A stretch of 64,000 nt of DNA from Epithemia pelagica (taxonomy: Eukaryota; Protista; Bacillariophyta), in contig OX337241.1 of assembly GCA_946965045.2 (NCBI GenBank), forward strand, positions 1,178,001 through 1,242,000, in the 5' to 3' direction. A program made the position numbers and the translations under genes. A model generated the notes under the pieces. That model had not been told where the DNA came from. It did not search any database and was given only the letters and a program-made list of their open reading frames with translations. Each line of letters begins with the position of its first letter. Positions within the stretch are counted from its first letter, which is position 1. Shown piece by piece: positions 46,342 through 55,249 of this stretch.

Positions 46342-47511
46342 ATGAGTTGCAAGCAGATGCGTATGAGCTCTGCCTGGTTATTGAATGTAGTAGTGGTGGC
46401 GGTGGGGCTGATGGTGGTGGTTGGTTCCGTGCCGCCCTGTCATGGATTCCACCTGACGCCAGGGACTCGGAGGAATTCGCACCACCCTGTCGACTTGTCC
46501 ATGATCTCCTTTGGTGGGTTGGGCGGCAACAACAACAACAAGGGCTCGGCCACATTGCCTCGAGATGTCAAGGATGCGGTTCAACAATGCCGAGAAGCGA
46601 CACAACAAGCCTTACAAAATCGTTGTTCGCGCATGACGATTGAATTTCCCGTAGGAACCAAATTTGGTGTCGAAAAGACCTCCTCCAAGGGTCGTCCTCG
46701 TGGTGGTGACAAGAACAAGAACATTGAAGGAGGACCCTCCAAGGCCCAATTGGATCAATCGGATCGAGAATTGGCTCGTCTCATGGTGGAAATGTTTCAA
46801 CCCGTGGGAAGTGAAAATATTGTTGTGGCCTTTAACGATCAAGGTTTGGCCGACCAAGCCAAACAACAATGGAAAGATAGTGGCACGGCTGCCTGTCGCA
46901 TCCAAGCCCTCAATCGAAGAGGGGGCAGCTTGGCCAAATCATCAAAGTCCAAGAAAAAGGCCAAGGGGTTTGCTGCCAAATTAGCCGCTGAAGTGGAAGA
47001 CACTGACAATAATACGAATAGCGGGCCGTTTGCCTTGCCCGACTCGTGCGAAGTGGCCTTGTTTGTCGCGCCTGGTCCCAAGGAATTGATTGTTGTGGAA
47101 CAAGTCTGCGAACAAGTGGGCATGGGAACCTTGGTCATTTTGCTCAATGCTCGATTGACGGCCGTCGCTGCAGTCATGAAGGATGACGAGGCCAACGAAG
47201 CATCCTCCTCCTCCTCCTCGTATTTTGGAACTCCGGCCGCCACCCACTTGTTTTTGGACGAATTTGAATCCGTCTTTTGTTTGGCCGCCGCACCACAAAA
47301 TGTCGCACCCAATGGCATGGTCTTTCGATCCTATCCAGGATCCTGGACCTTGGCTCGGAAACCCAAGGTGGGACCACCCAAACCAGTCTTGACACAAGAC
47401 GGCGTTCCGACCGTTTCGGAGTGTCAAGCCGCCTTTGAACAAGAAGATATTAGTGATATGGAGAAAAATGTCGAAACGGCCTTGGAAAATGTCGCCAATT
47501 GGTTTCGGTAA
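46342..47511 (+). CDS. DUF1995-like, probably plastid-targeted protein
   Basis: Hydrophobic signal peptide followed by CHG-F (ASAFAP-like). Core motifs RMTIEFP, DRELARL, LVILLNARL and FRSYPGSWTL. Confidence 0.65.
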   Translation: MSCKQMRMSSAWLLNVVVVAVGLMVVVGSVPPCHGFHLTPGTRRNSHHPVDLSMISFGGLGGNNNNKGSATLPRDVKDAVQQCREATQQALQNRCSRMTIEFPVGTKFGVEKTSSKGRPRGGDKNKNIEGGPSKAQLDQSDRELARLMVEMFQPVGSENIVVAFNDQGLADQAKQQWKDSGTAACRIQALNRRGGSLAKSSKSKKKAKGFAAKLAAEVEDTDNNTNSGPFALPDSCEVALFVAPGPKELIVVEQVCEQVGMGTLVILLNARLTAVAAVMKDDEANEASSSSSSYFGTPAATHLFLDEFESVFCLAAAPQNVAPNGMVFRSYPGSWTLARKPKVGPPKPVLTQDGVPTVSECQAAFEQEDISDMEKNVETALENVANWFR

Positions 47512-48171
47512 CGAGGTTGCGAATGAAAAAACACACTCACATGAACCACAATACACGTGTCCCGGACAAACTCGAGACAAACCTTTTTGGTCGCCAAGAC
47601 ACATGCTCTTGGACTATTTAAGAGGATCCATGAAAGGCAAGAGACTCGTTTTCTTCTCACGAAAGGTACCAACAAATTGGGGGGAAATTGGAAGTTTGCT
47701 ATGAGGGGCAAGGCTACCAAAGAAATGGAAGGAGGCTGGTGCAATTGGGACGACGAAGGAAACACCAGGGTTGAGGTCGGATGAAGCAAGCTTGGTTGGA
47801 GTGCTTGTTGGTGTCGACTGGTGTGTTTTCTCTGTTACCCAAGGTTTCGAGCGATGCCGCCTTTGGTAGGAGCCTCTAGGTGTTGACATGGAGGATGAGC
47901 TAGAGGGGACGAATACAGCGTGGTTGTCATGCGCGTTCTTAACAAGGCAGTGTAATGGAAGAACATGCACGTAAACTGAATTATAGCAAATCCATCGAAA
48001 GCAGCTTTTCATACATCAAACGAGTACATTTGATAGAGCGAGATCCACATACTCATCCTTCTCTAGAGAATCCGATTTTCAATAGCAGGAGTATAGCTAC
48101 CTTTGCTATGCGGCCTCTGCTTTTTGCAACGCAGACTTTTGCAACGCACTCTGCCACAGACGACGCACACC

Positions 48172-49062
48172 ATGGCCGAATCATTGGAATTTCCTCAAGT
48201 GTATGCGTCTCCCACAGAATGGAACGAACGGTTGATTTCGTTATTGTCTTCTATAGCGTTCAATCGTGTCTATCGACCAGCTTTTGAGGATGCCGCAGCC
48301 CAACGATTGCCCGCGTCTTTGGAGGTTCAAGATCCCTTGTTGCTGTTAAATAATGGGACGACAACGACGACAACGACCCGTGGTGATACAGCAACAACAA
48401 CAACAACAACAACTCCCATTTTGTTGATTGTGATCTCTTCCTCCTCAAACAATAGCCTTTTGGACTTGTTTCTCGAAACGGCGCAACAATCCGCGGCATT
48501 TCTAGTACATCATCATCATGATCCGTATCGTCATCATCAGGGTAGGGAGACGAACCAACATCTGGCCAACCTGGCCGAGTTTTGTGCCCATGTTTCCACC
48601 ACCCTTTTCACCTTTGTCATCGTGTTGGAGGAGGACAACGACAATACTCTTACAGAAATGTTTTGCCAGTCGTTGTTGCAGACCACAACCAACGTGTCAC
48701 AGAAAAGGTCCTCCTTGCTTCTGGGCATGGTCACCATTTCTGTACATGACCCTGAATCGGCGTCGGAGGTGCCATCCAAAACCAGCATCCACCGTACGTT
48801 CTTACCGTCGGCTTCCCACTTGCACATTGAGTCAGGACAACTCATGGCGAGGCACTTGTGGGTACGCAACCATCCCAACACCATTGTCTTGACCGTTCCT
48901 CCTCCAAGTGGTCCTTCTTCCTTGTCCTTGTGGATCTCGCTTGTCCTGTTCAAATTTGTCTTTGCCACTCTGCAATTAACCAAGGACCGTCTGCGACAAG
49001 AACAAGTAGACGACAAGAAAGACAACACTGAATTCAATTCAATGAGGAGAGCACGATTATGA
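48172..49062 (+). CDS. Hypothetical protein
   Basis: Within the 319-aa ORF 48103-49062; a plausible ATG gives MAESLEF. No recognisable motif. Confidence 0.45.
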   Translation: MAESLEFPQVYASPTEWNERLISLLSSIAFNRVYRPAFEDAAAQRLPASLEVQDPLLLLNNGTTTTTTTRGDTATTTTTTTPILLIVISSSSNNSLLDLFLETAQQSAAFLVHHHHDPYRHHQGRETNQHLANLAEFCAHVSTTLFTFVIVLEEDNDNTLTEMFCQSLLQTTTNVSQKRSSLLLGMVTISVHDPESASEVPSKTSIHRTFLPSASHLHIESGQLMARHLWVRNHPNTIVLTVPPPSGPSSLSLWISLVLFKFVFATLQLTKDRLRQEQVDDKKDNTEFNSMRRARL

Positions 49063-49603
49063 CAGAACCGCACACGAGCATTGAGCCTTGACTGTTGCCC
49101 TTTGAAACCCAACGAATGGATGGGTTTCTCAACAAACAACCCTTTGGATGGATTGGACGACAGCTGTGGCTCTCCATCAATAATTGTCCTTGCGCGACCA
49201 CGACACATTCGACAAGAATGGCAAACTTTTGAGCCCTTCGAACACTCTTGGAGTTTACATTCACTCACACTGTGACGATTGGATGCGGTTGGGAAAGCTC
49301 ATTGATTATGTTTTGGTCCAACTATTACCAGTCGTTCATCACCATGCACAACACGAGACGGAACGATTGGAACGAGAAACGATTCACCATTGTTCTATGG
49401 TGACAGGGTTCGACGACGAGGAAACTACAGCACCGTGATGGCCATATCTCTTCTGACAGAGGAGGAGTTGAGATGTCCGCCATTGCTGATCGCACCAAAT
49501 ACTAAATAAATCACTCACGCATGACCAACCGGAATCATTCCTACAACTGTATTCCATAGTTTAGTTCCAACTACCTACACATGTTTTCCGATATATCTTC
49601 CCG

Positions 49604-51022
49604 TTAGGATGCCGGACCATACCAACAATCTCCTCCTTCGTAGGGGACATCTCGTCTTCGAAATCCCGTCTCAAAAATCACATTGTTGACATTCATCATA
49701 CCGCATTCTTCCCGCAACAAACTTTCCGTCCAACATTTCATTCCATACTTGTTTTTCATGAGACCATGGTAATGAAATCGAATCACGAGTCCCACCCCAC
49801 CTTCGTCACTCGACGCCTCATGTTCCACCTTGGTAATGGAAAGCAAGTCGACACACGATCCCAGGACATCCAACGCCGGTTGCATTTGTTCGACAATTTC
49901 GACCGGGCAGTCACCTCGACGAAGGGTTCCAACCAAGGTTTGATACTTTTCGTAGGGTTCCCGAATTTTGGCATGAGCCTCCATCGAAACGTGACGGGGC
50001 ATCCATTCGGCATTTTGAGCACGGGCCATTTCCACGGCCAATTGTCGAGCCCGAAAGGGTGAGAGTTTGGAAAAGTCTGTCTTGTTTTCCGGTGCCGTAA
50101 AGCGATTGTTGGTAAAATTCTGCGGTCGGAAATGCGTCTGTTCGGGATAGCCATGCCATTTGGCAACGTGACGAGGAATTTCCATTTTCGCTGGTAAAAA
50201 GGGATCCAGATATGTTTCCATCAAATCCAAGGATTTCCGAAATTTGACGACATCTTCATTGTAGCCAAGTTCCAAATCGTCCGGCTCGAATTGCGGCGTC
50301 AAGCGCGTTTCATCCCGACTGGCCTCATCAATCATGTACGAATCGCGTGTGCCCAATATCGTGCGTTGATCAATGGGATTGGAAGGTCCAAAAAAGGGCG
50401 TATAGCCCACTTCGACACCTTCTTCATCCTTGGCCGTTTCGGGCAAGAGCTGATCGTACGCATGGTCCAAGGCCACTTGATTGGGATCGGGTTCTCCCGA
50501 TCGAGGATCCCATTCGTAGTCGAATTTGGATTGCAAATCATAAATGGTCCATGTTCCCAACGTTTCGGCATCCAAGGCTTCGGGATCTTCGGTATCGTAT
50601 TCCGCCTCGGTTTGCTCGGCCAATTCACCATAGTCTTGCATCGTTTGGGCATCATAATTACGTTCCTCCAATTGACTCAAAATCTCTTGTTTCAGTTCCA
50701 ATTGCTCAGCCGTTTCAATAATGGCACCAGGACGACCACCCGTTAAATCACCCAACAAGGCCTCGTCAAAGTGACGACGTTCGGCATAGTCGTAGGGCAA
50801 CTCGGAGGATGACGACGATGACGACGACGAGGCCCAACGACTCGTGAGCGTAGCGGATGATCTGGGACTTTGATGGAAAGCTTTTGCGTGTTGTGACGTG
50901 GGTGCCAAGGAACGAACCCGGTGGACCGTCCACGCCATGCTCTTGTTCCAGGGAAGATGAAACAGCACCAGCCATAGCCTTGCCAACACCAAGACGAGCC
51001 GGCCTGAATCAACGCCCTTCAT
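49604..51022 (-). CDS. Hypothetical protein with a signal-peptide plus transit-peptide-like N-terminus
   Basis: 472-aa ORF: hydrophobic stretch, SMA-W cleavage-like site, Ser/Arg-rich segment, then an acidic globular region. Confidence 0.65.
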   Translation of the reverse strand: MKGVDSGRLVLVLARLWLVLFHLPWNKSMAWTVHRVRSLAPTSQHAKAFHQSPRSSATLTSRWASSSSSSSSSELPYDYAERRHFDEALLGDLTGGRPGAIIETAEQLELKQEILSQLEERNYDAQTMQDYGELAEQTEAEYDTEDPEALDAETLGTWTIYDLQSKFDYEWDPRSGEPDPNQVALDHAYDQLLPETAKDEEGVEVGYTPFFGPSNPIDQRTILGTRDSYMIDEASRDETRLTPQFEPDDLELGYNEDVVKFRKSLDLMETYLDPFLPAKMEIPRHVAKWHGYPEQTHFRPQNFTNNRFTAPENKTDFSKLSPFRARQLAVEMARAQNAEWMPRHVSMEAHAKIREPYEKYQTLVGTLRRGDCPVEIVEQMQPALDVLGSCVDLLSITKVEHEASSDEGGVGLVIRFHYHGLMKNKYGMKCWTESLLREECGMMNVNNVIFETGFRRRDVPYEGGDCWYGPAS

Positions 51023-51232
51023 CTTGAGATTGTCCGTTATTGCAATCTAATTTGGAAACAGTGTAACAAGTAACTCGAATGCAACACAACGGCACAACGT
51101 CAAGAGAAAACAAGATTCCAATAATGTTCTCTGTTGTCGAAAAGAACTCGGATGTGGTTTTGATTTTTGATGGTTGTGATTGATGGTCTGATCTCTGTTT
51201 ATTTTATGATTCTATGCGTGTATGTGGAACTC

Positions 51233-54200
51233 CTAAGCGGCTAGTTCGCAGAGGAGAGGGGCGCCGTCTGTAGTAGACGCGAATTGTGCCGCCGGGGCAG
51301 GGGAGTAGATGGGAGTAATAGGTGCGTAATTGGGGGTTGAAAGATTTTGTAATTGTGTGGTTCGCAATCGAATTTTCGTGTTCGTTGCTCTGATGGCTGC
51401 CATGCTGTTGTTTGCATGAATGGCGAGGCTGGACACGATGGCGTGGCTTAAGGAAGCCTTTGCATAGTGGCCGAGGGAGTGAATTTGTGCTTCTGGGTAA
51501 CTGAAGCGTTTGGTTTCTCTGTTTGCGGCGGTCAGAAGGTTGGATGGAGCATGTGTTGCTTCTTGGTAGAGGGCGTAGGCCTGTGGGTGCGGATGGCTTC
51601 GTCTTGTGTCTTTACCGAAGTTTGGGTTGTCCCATGCTGGTGGTTGGGCGGTGGAGAAATTGTATGGGTGGTGACTAAACGGAAACAGGAAGTTGTCCGC
51701 GAAGGAACCAAGGGAGCCTAAGTGATCGACCGTAAACGGAAGCAAGTAGACTCCGTTCTGCAAAAGGTGTTGGGCGGTCGTTGGGTCTCGACAAAACTTT
51801 TCTCTGGCGGCATCTTGATGCGTCCTGGAAGCCGATTCGGCAATTTTTTCATGGTCGGACGGGTCAAGGATGGCCTGAGGCTGTTGAGGAGGTGGGATGG
51901 TTATGTCCAAGGCAAGGTATTGGAAATGTCTGTTCTTGTGTGGCTGACGAAGTAACAATCCAACGTCTGCGGGTCTGATGTTGCGATGGTGGCCGGGAGC
52001 CAGTCCAGGTGGTTCGACGTGGACATCGTGGACCGATTCGACTGTTCTTGCTGCTGGAGCTACTTGTTTCAACACATCGAAGAGCGTGTCCCGAATTGCA
52101 TTCGAGAGCGGTGTTTTGGATGCCGCGCTGCACGAGTACAGGTGATCTCCGGTTGGGTCGAGCCGTTTGTTGGAAGAGCAACGGCATCGGAGTGGTATAT
52201 GTTGGTGTTGTTGTGGGAGAAAGAGTGGTAGACGCAATTTACGTTTCAGAGCGGTTTTGAAGACGCTGTTTTCGATGCGAAATTGGCTGGCGGTGAGTGG
52301 CAACGTGAATGCCATGCTGGTTAAGGGTGACAAGACCGATGGAAGGAAAATCCGTTGCTCCGGTGGAGTGTCGGTGAAGATTCTTGGTACCACGTGTTCT
52401 CTGAGCGTGTGGTGCATCAATCTGTTGTGTGTCTCGGTGTCGTATCTACTGGGCACGTAAAGTGCCTCTTCGGCGAGTTCGTTGGCAAACAAGGACAGTG
52501 CCTTTCGGAAGTTGGTGAGCTCTGGGCTCGGGTTTTCCTCCCAGTTACTGAATGGTTGGCGATGGACGTCTGGGATGGGGGTTTCTGTAGAGCCGGCCAT
52601 TGAGATGGCTCGTGCTGTTTGCGTCATAAGTCTCGGGTATGCGGCCGCTGCGGCATGTTGGTACCCCAAACCACCGAGTCGTTGGGGGAGTGACGCGATG
52701 AGAGCCGATGGTGTTGGTACGTTGTCTTCCGGGATTCCAGAGAGTTTCGCAAGGAAATGTCTAATGATTTCTTCAGTTTTGTCGGTGGTGGGACTTTTCC
52801 ACAGTGTGCTTCTTGGGTTTTTCTTGGGGTGGGCCAAAGTGATATCCGAAGGTAGGAGATGGAGCAGCGATGCTACCATGGAGAATTTAAACAACGCGTT
52901 TCGCGTTTGTAAGTTGTCAAGTTGGTGCAGTTTGTTGAGGTTGTTCTCCAACTTGTGTAGTTTGCCCTCAATGTATTGCTTGGCGAACGTGCTTGATCCG
53001 ATTGGTTGGCCGAGGAATCGGACTCCACTGGTGATTTCTGCGCTTGGCGGGTTTGAGGCCGAGAGGAATGAAAGTGCTTCTTGAAGGTATGCTTGGTTGT
53101 CCGGGCTGAGGGTTTTCATGGGCGACGAATGGCTCGTGGATGAGAGAATTTTGGTTTTCTCGTGGTTAAGGATGATTCCCAGCGGTTCTCCCAGTTCTTT
53201 GAACCTTGTGAGGAACCATGGTAGGTCACAGTGTGGAAGGCAGATGGACGTATCGTCCATGATCGAAGCGGTATGGGCGATTCCTCCTTTACCGTCATCG
53301 TGGGGGTCTCCGTTTCGCTTTCGCTCTAACGCTCTTTGGGCCTGCTCTTTGTTCAGGCGGGTGGTTAGTGCCAGTAAAACAATGCATGAGAAGAGTGGAC
53401 TCAGTGGACACCCCTGTGGGAATCCTTCCTCTTGCAGTAAGTACCGAGCTTGTTTGTTTTCGTCGAAGTACCAAGAGTTGCATGGGTGGTTGGTTAACAA
53501 GTCAAAGAGTGGGACTAATGGTGTCGTTGCTTCGTCCGACAGCAGTATCTTTCTCGCCTCCGTACGGCTGACATTGTTGAACATGTTTGTCAGGTCGAGT
53601 AAGAGTAGCGCTCTTGACGGTGGGTTTGGGTCTTGTTCTATTGGTTGGTTGTTGTTGTTTGTGTTTTGGTTCCTGTCGATGAATCGTCTCACCGCCATGG
53701 CTGTTGTTTGTGCTACGAAGTCCACTCCCCCTGGGATCTGGATTCCGTACTGACCACCCTTCAAAAGGATGGGTTTAATGTCCTCGGTGAGATGAACCAG
53801 TGCTGTTTTGGCCGCCACTCTTCGGATGGCCGTACCGATGCCGATGGGCCGCAGTTTTTCGAGGTTGTTGAGATCCTTGTGGAGAGCAAGGAAATAATTG
53901 CTCGCGAGGATGGTTTGAATGGGAGGTGGAACTTGTGCCGTTACCACTAGTTGCATGAGTGCTTTGATTGTACCGAAGTATGGTCTGGTGGAATCGGGCG
54001 CTCGGGTTGTCCGGTGTAGGGCCATTGACACAATCGTGTCTGTGCAGTTTGCGAATGGACCGGAGGCGGTGCCGGGTTTCATTTGTCGCAGGGCGAGCTC
54101 GAATGGGCCGTCTTCGAGTTGTAGGAATTGTGCTGCTGGTGGTGGCATGTTGGGTTCTTGTCCTTGGGATCTCGTTGTTGGGGGTGGTTGTCGTCGGTTT

Positions 54201-55249
54201 GGGAACAGTTCCGCTTTACATCTTTGGATTCTTGGAGGGGTAAGCGTGGCTGTGGGGGTGTTGGTGGTGAGTATTTTGAGGGCCGCTCTGTAGTTTCCCA
54301 AGTTGGCTGTCTCTTGGGCTGCCCGGAGTTGCCATGGTTGCAGGGAGTTGTCCGTTGGCGGGTTTGGGTGTCGTTGTTGACGTTGTTGTTGTTTCTTTTT
54401 GTGTTCTTTTTGTCGGCCTTTCAGTTTTGGCACTGGAGGTGGGTTCCATACCACATCGTAAAGCTCTTGTAACCGGCCTTGTTTGAGCATTGCCAGTCGT
54501 GCCCGGAAGGCGTTGGAGTGTGTCAGATGGACCGTGTTCTTCGTTGGTGCTAGGAGGAGGGGCTCCAAAATGGTCAGCAGTTTCCAGAAGGGTGTTGAGT
54601 CGGTGTCGTGTTGTGCTGGTTGGTCGTCTTTGAGTATTGCTGGCGCCAACGGTGGTGTTGCCTCAATGACCCAGTTTGCGACATTGTTGTATACTGTGTA
54701 GTACTCGGCTCGTAGAGGTGGTTTGACTTTGTGCCAGATGGTTCTTCGGAATGGTGGCGGTGTTGGGTCCAGTCGGTGGAGGAAGGCCAAGCTCTGTTTC
54801 CAATTGTTTTCGGTTTCAGTGGTTAAATGTCTGTAGGTGTTAAGAACTAGTTGAATGTTCGTTTGGGACCTACTATGTTTCTTTGTTATGTGTTGTCTTA
54901 GGTGGCCCTGTGTGTTGAATATGGCCGTGGGAGTATCGCATTGCCGGCATAGATGGAAGCCGTGTTGATGGCAGTATTTTGGTGTCATGTAATCCGACGG
55001 GTGGGTGTCGCTGTGTTCGGTTATGATATGTTGCTTCATAGCAGCATGTGGTTTGTGTGTATTGGGGGGCACTGTCCAGCGGCAGTCGGGTACTGGACAG
55101 TGGACGGGATTCCTCGTCTTACTCATTTGGCCCTTTGGCCCATTTTCCATGTGGGACGTCATGGCTGGTGCGGGGGCCAGCGACGTGGCGATCGTCAGTC
55201 TGTACCAGAGACTGTGCGTATCGCCATGCGTCTTGCGCATCGGTATCAT
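51233..55249 (-). CDS. ORF2: N-terminal zinc fingers, reverse transcriptase, CCHC knuckle and RLE endonuclease
   Basis: CPVPDC...H...H and CRQC...H...H fingers; LRPIGIG, QYG...GG, LDLTNMFN, GFPQGCPLSP, IMDD, RFLG; CRC...GDHLYSC; RPADV...LDITI. Confidence 0.9.
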   Translation of the reverse strand: MIPMRKTHGDTHSLWYRLTIATSLAPAPAMTSHMENGPKGQMSKTRNPVHCPVPDCRWTVPPNTHKPHAAMKQHIITEHSDTHPSDYMTPKYCHQHGFHLCRQCDTPTAIFNTQGHLRQHITKKHSRSQTNIQLVLNTYRHLTTETENNWKQSLAFLHRLDPTPPPFRRTIWHKVKPPLRAEYYTVYNNVANWVIEATPPLAPAILKDDQPAQHDTDSTPFWKLLTILEPLLLAPTKNTVHLTHSNAFRARLAMLKQGRLQELYDVVWNPPPVPKLKGRQKEHKKKQQQRQQRHPNPPTDNSLQPWQLRAAQETANLGNYRAALKILTTNTPTATLTPPRIQRCKAELFPNRRQPPPTTRSQGQEPNMPPPAAQFLQLEDGPFELALRQMKPGTASGPFANCTDTIVSMALHRTTRAPDSTRPYFGTIKALMQLVVTAQVPPPIQTILASNYFLALHKDLNNLEKLRPIGIGTAIRRVAAKTALVHLTEDIKPILLKGGQYGIQIPGGVDFVAQTTAMAVRRFIDRNQNTNNNNQPIEQDPNPPSRALLLLDLTNMFNNVSRTEARKILLSDEATTPLVPLFDLLTNHPCNSWYFDENKQARYLLQEEGFPQGCPLSPLFSCIVLLALTTRLNKEQAQRALERKRNGDPHDDGKGGIAHTASIMDDTSICLPHCDLPWFLTRFKELGEPLGIILNHEKTKILSSTSHSSPMKTLSPDNQAYLQEALSFLSASNPPSAEITSGVRFLGQPIGSSTFAKQYIEGKLHKLENNLNKLHQLDNLQTRNALFKFSMVASLLHLLPSDITLAHPKKNPRSTLWKSPTTDKTEEIIRHFLAKLSGIPEDNVPTPSALIASLPQRLGGLGYQHAAAAAYPRLMTQTARAISMAGSTETPIPDVHRQPFSNWEENPSPELTNFRKALSLFANELAEEALYVPSRYDTETHNRLMHHTLREHVVPRIFTDTPPEQRIFLPSVLSPLTSMAFTLPLTASQFRIENSVFKTALKRKLRLPLFLPQQHQHIPLRCRCSSNKRLDPTGDHLYSCSAASKTPLSNAIRDTLFDVLKQVAPAARTVESVHDVHVEPPGLAPGHHRNIRPADVGLLLRQPHKNRHFQYLALDITIPPPQQPQAILDPSDHEKIAESASRTHQDAAREKFCRDPTTAQHLLQNGVYLLPFTVDHLGSLGSFADNFLFPFSHHPYNFSTAQPPAWDNPNFGKDTRRSHPHPQAYALYQEATHAPSNLLTAANRETKRFSYPEAQIHSLGHYAKASLSHAIVSSLAIHANNSMAAIRATNTKIRLRTTQLQNLSTPNYAPITPIYSPAPAAQFASTTDGAPLLCELAA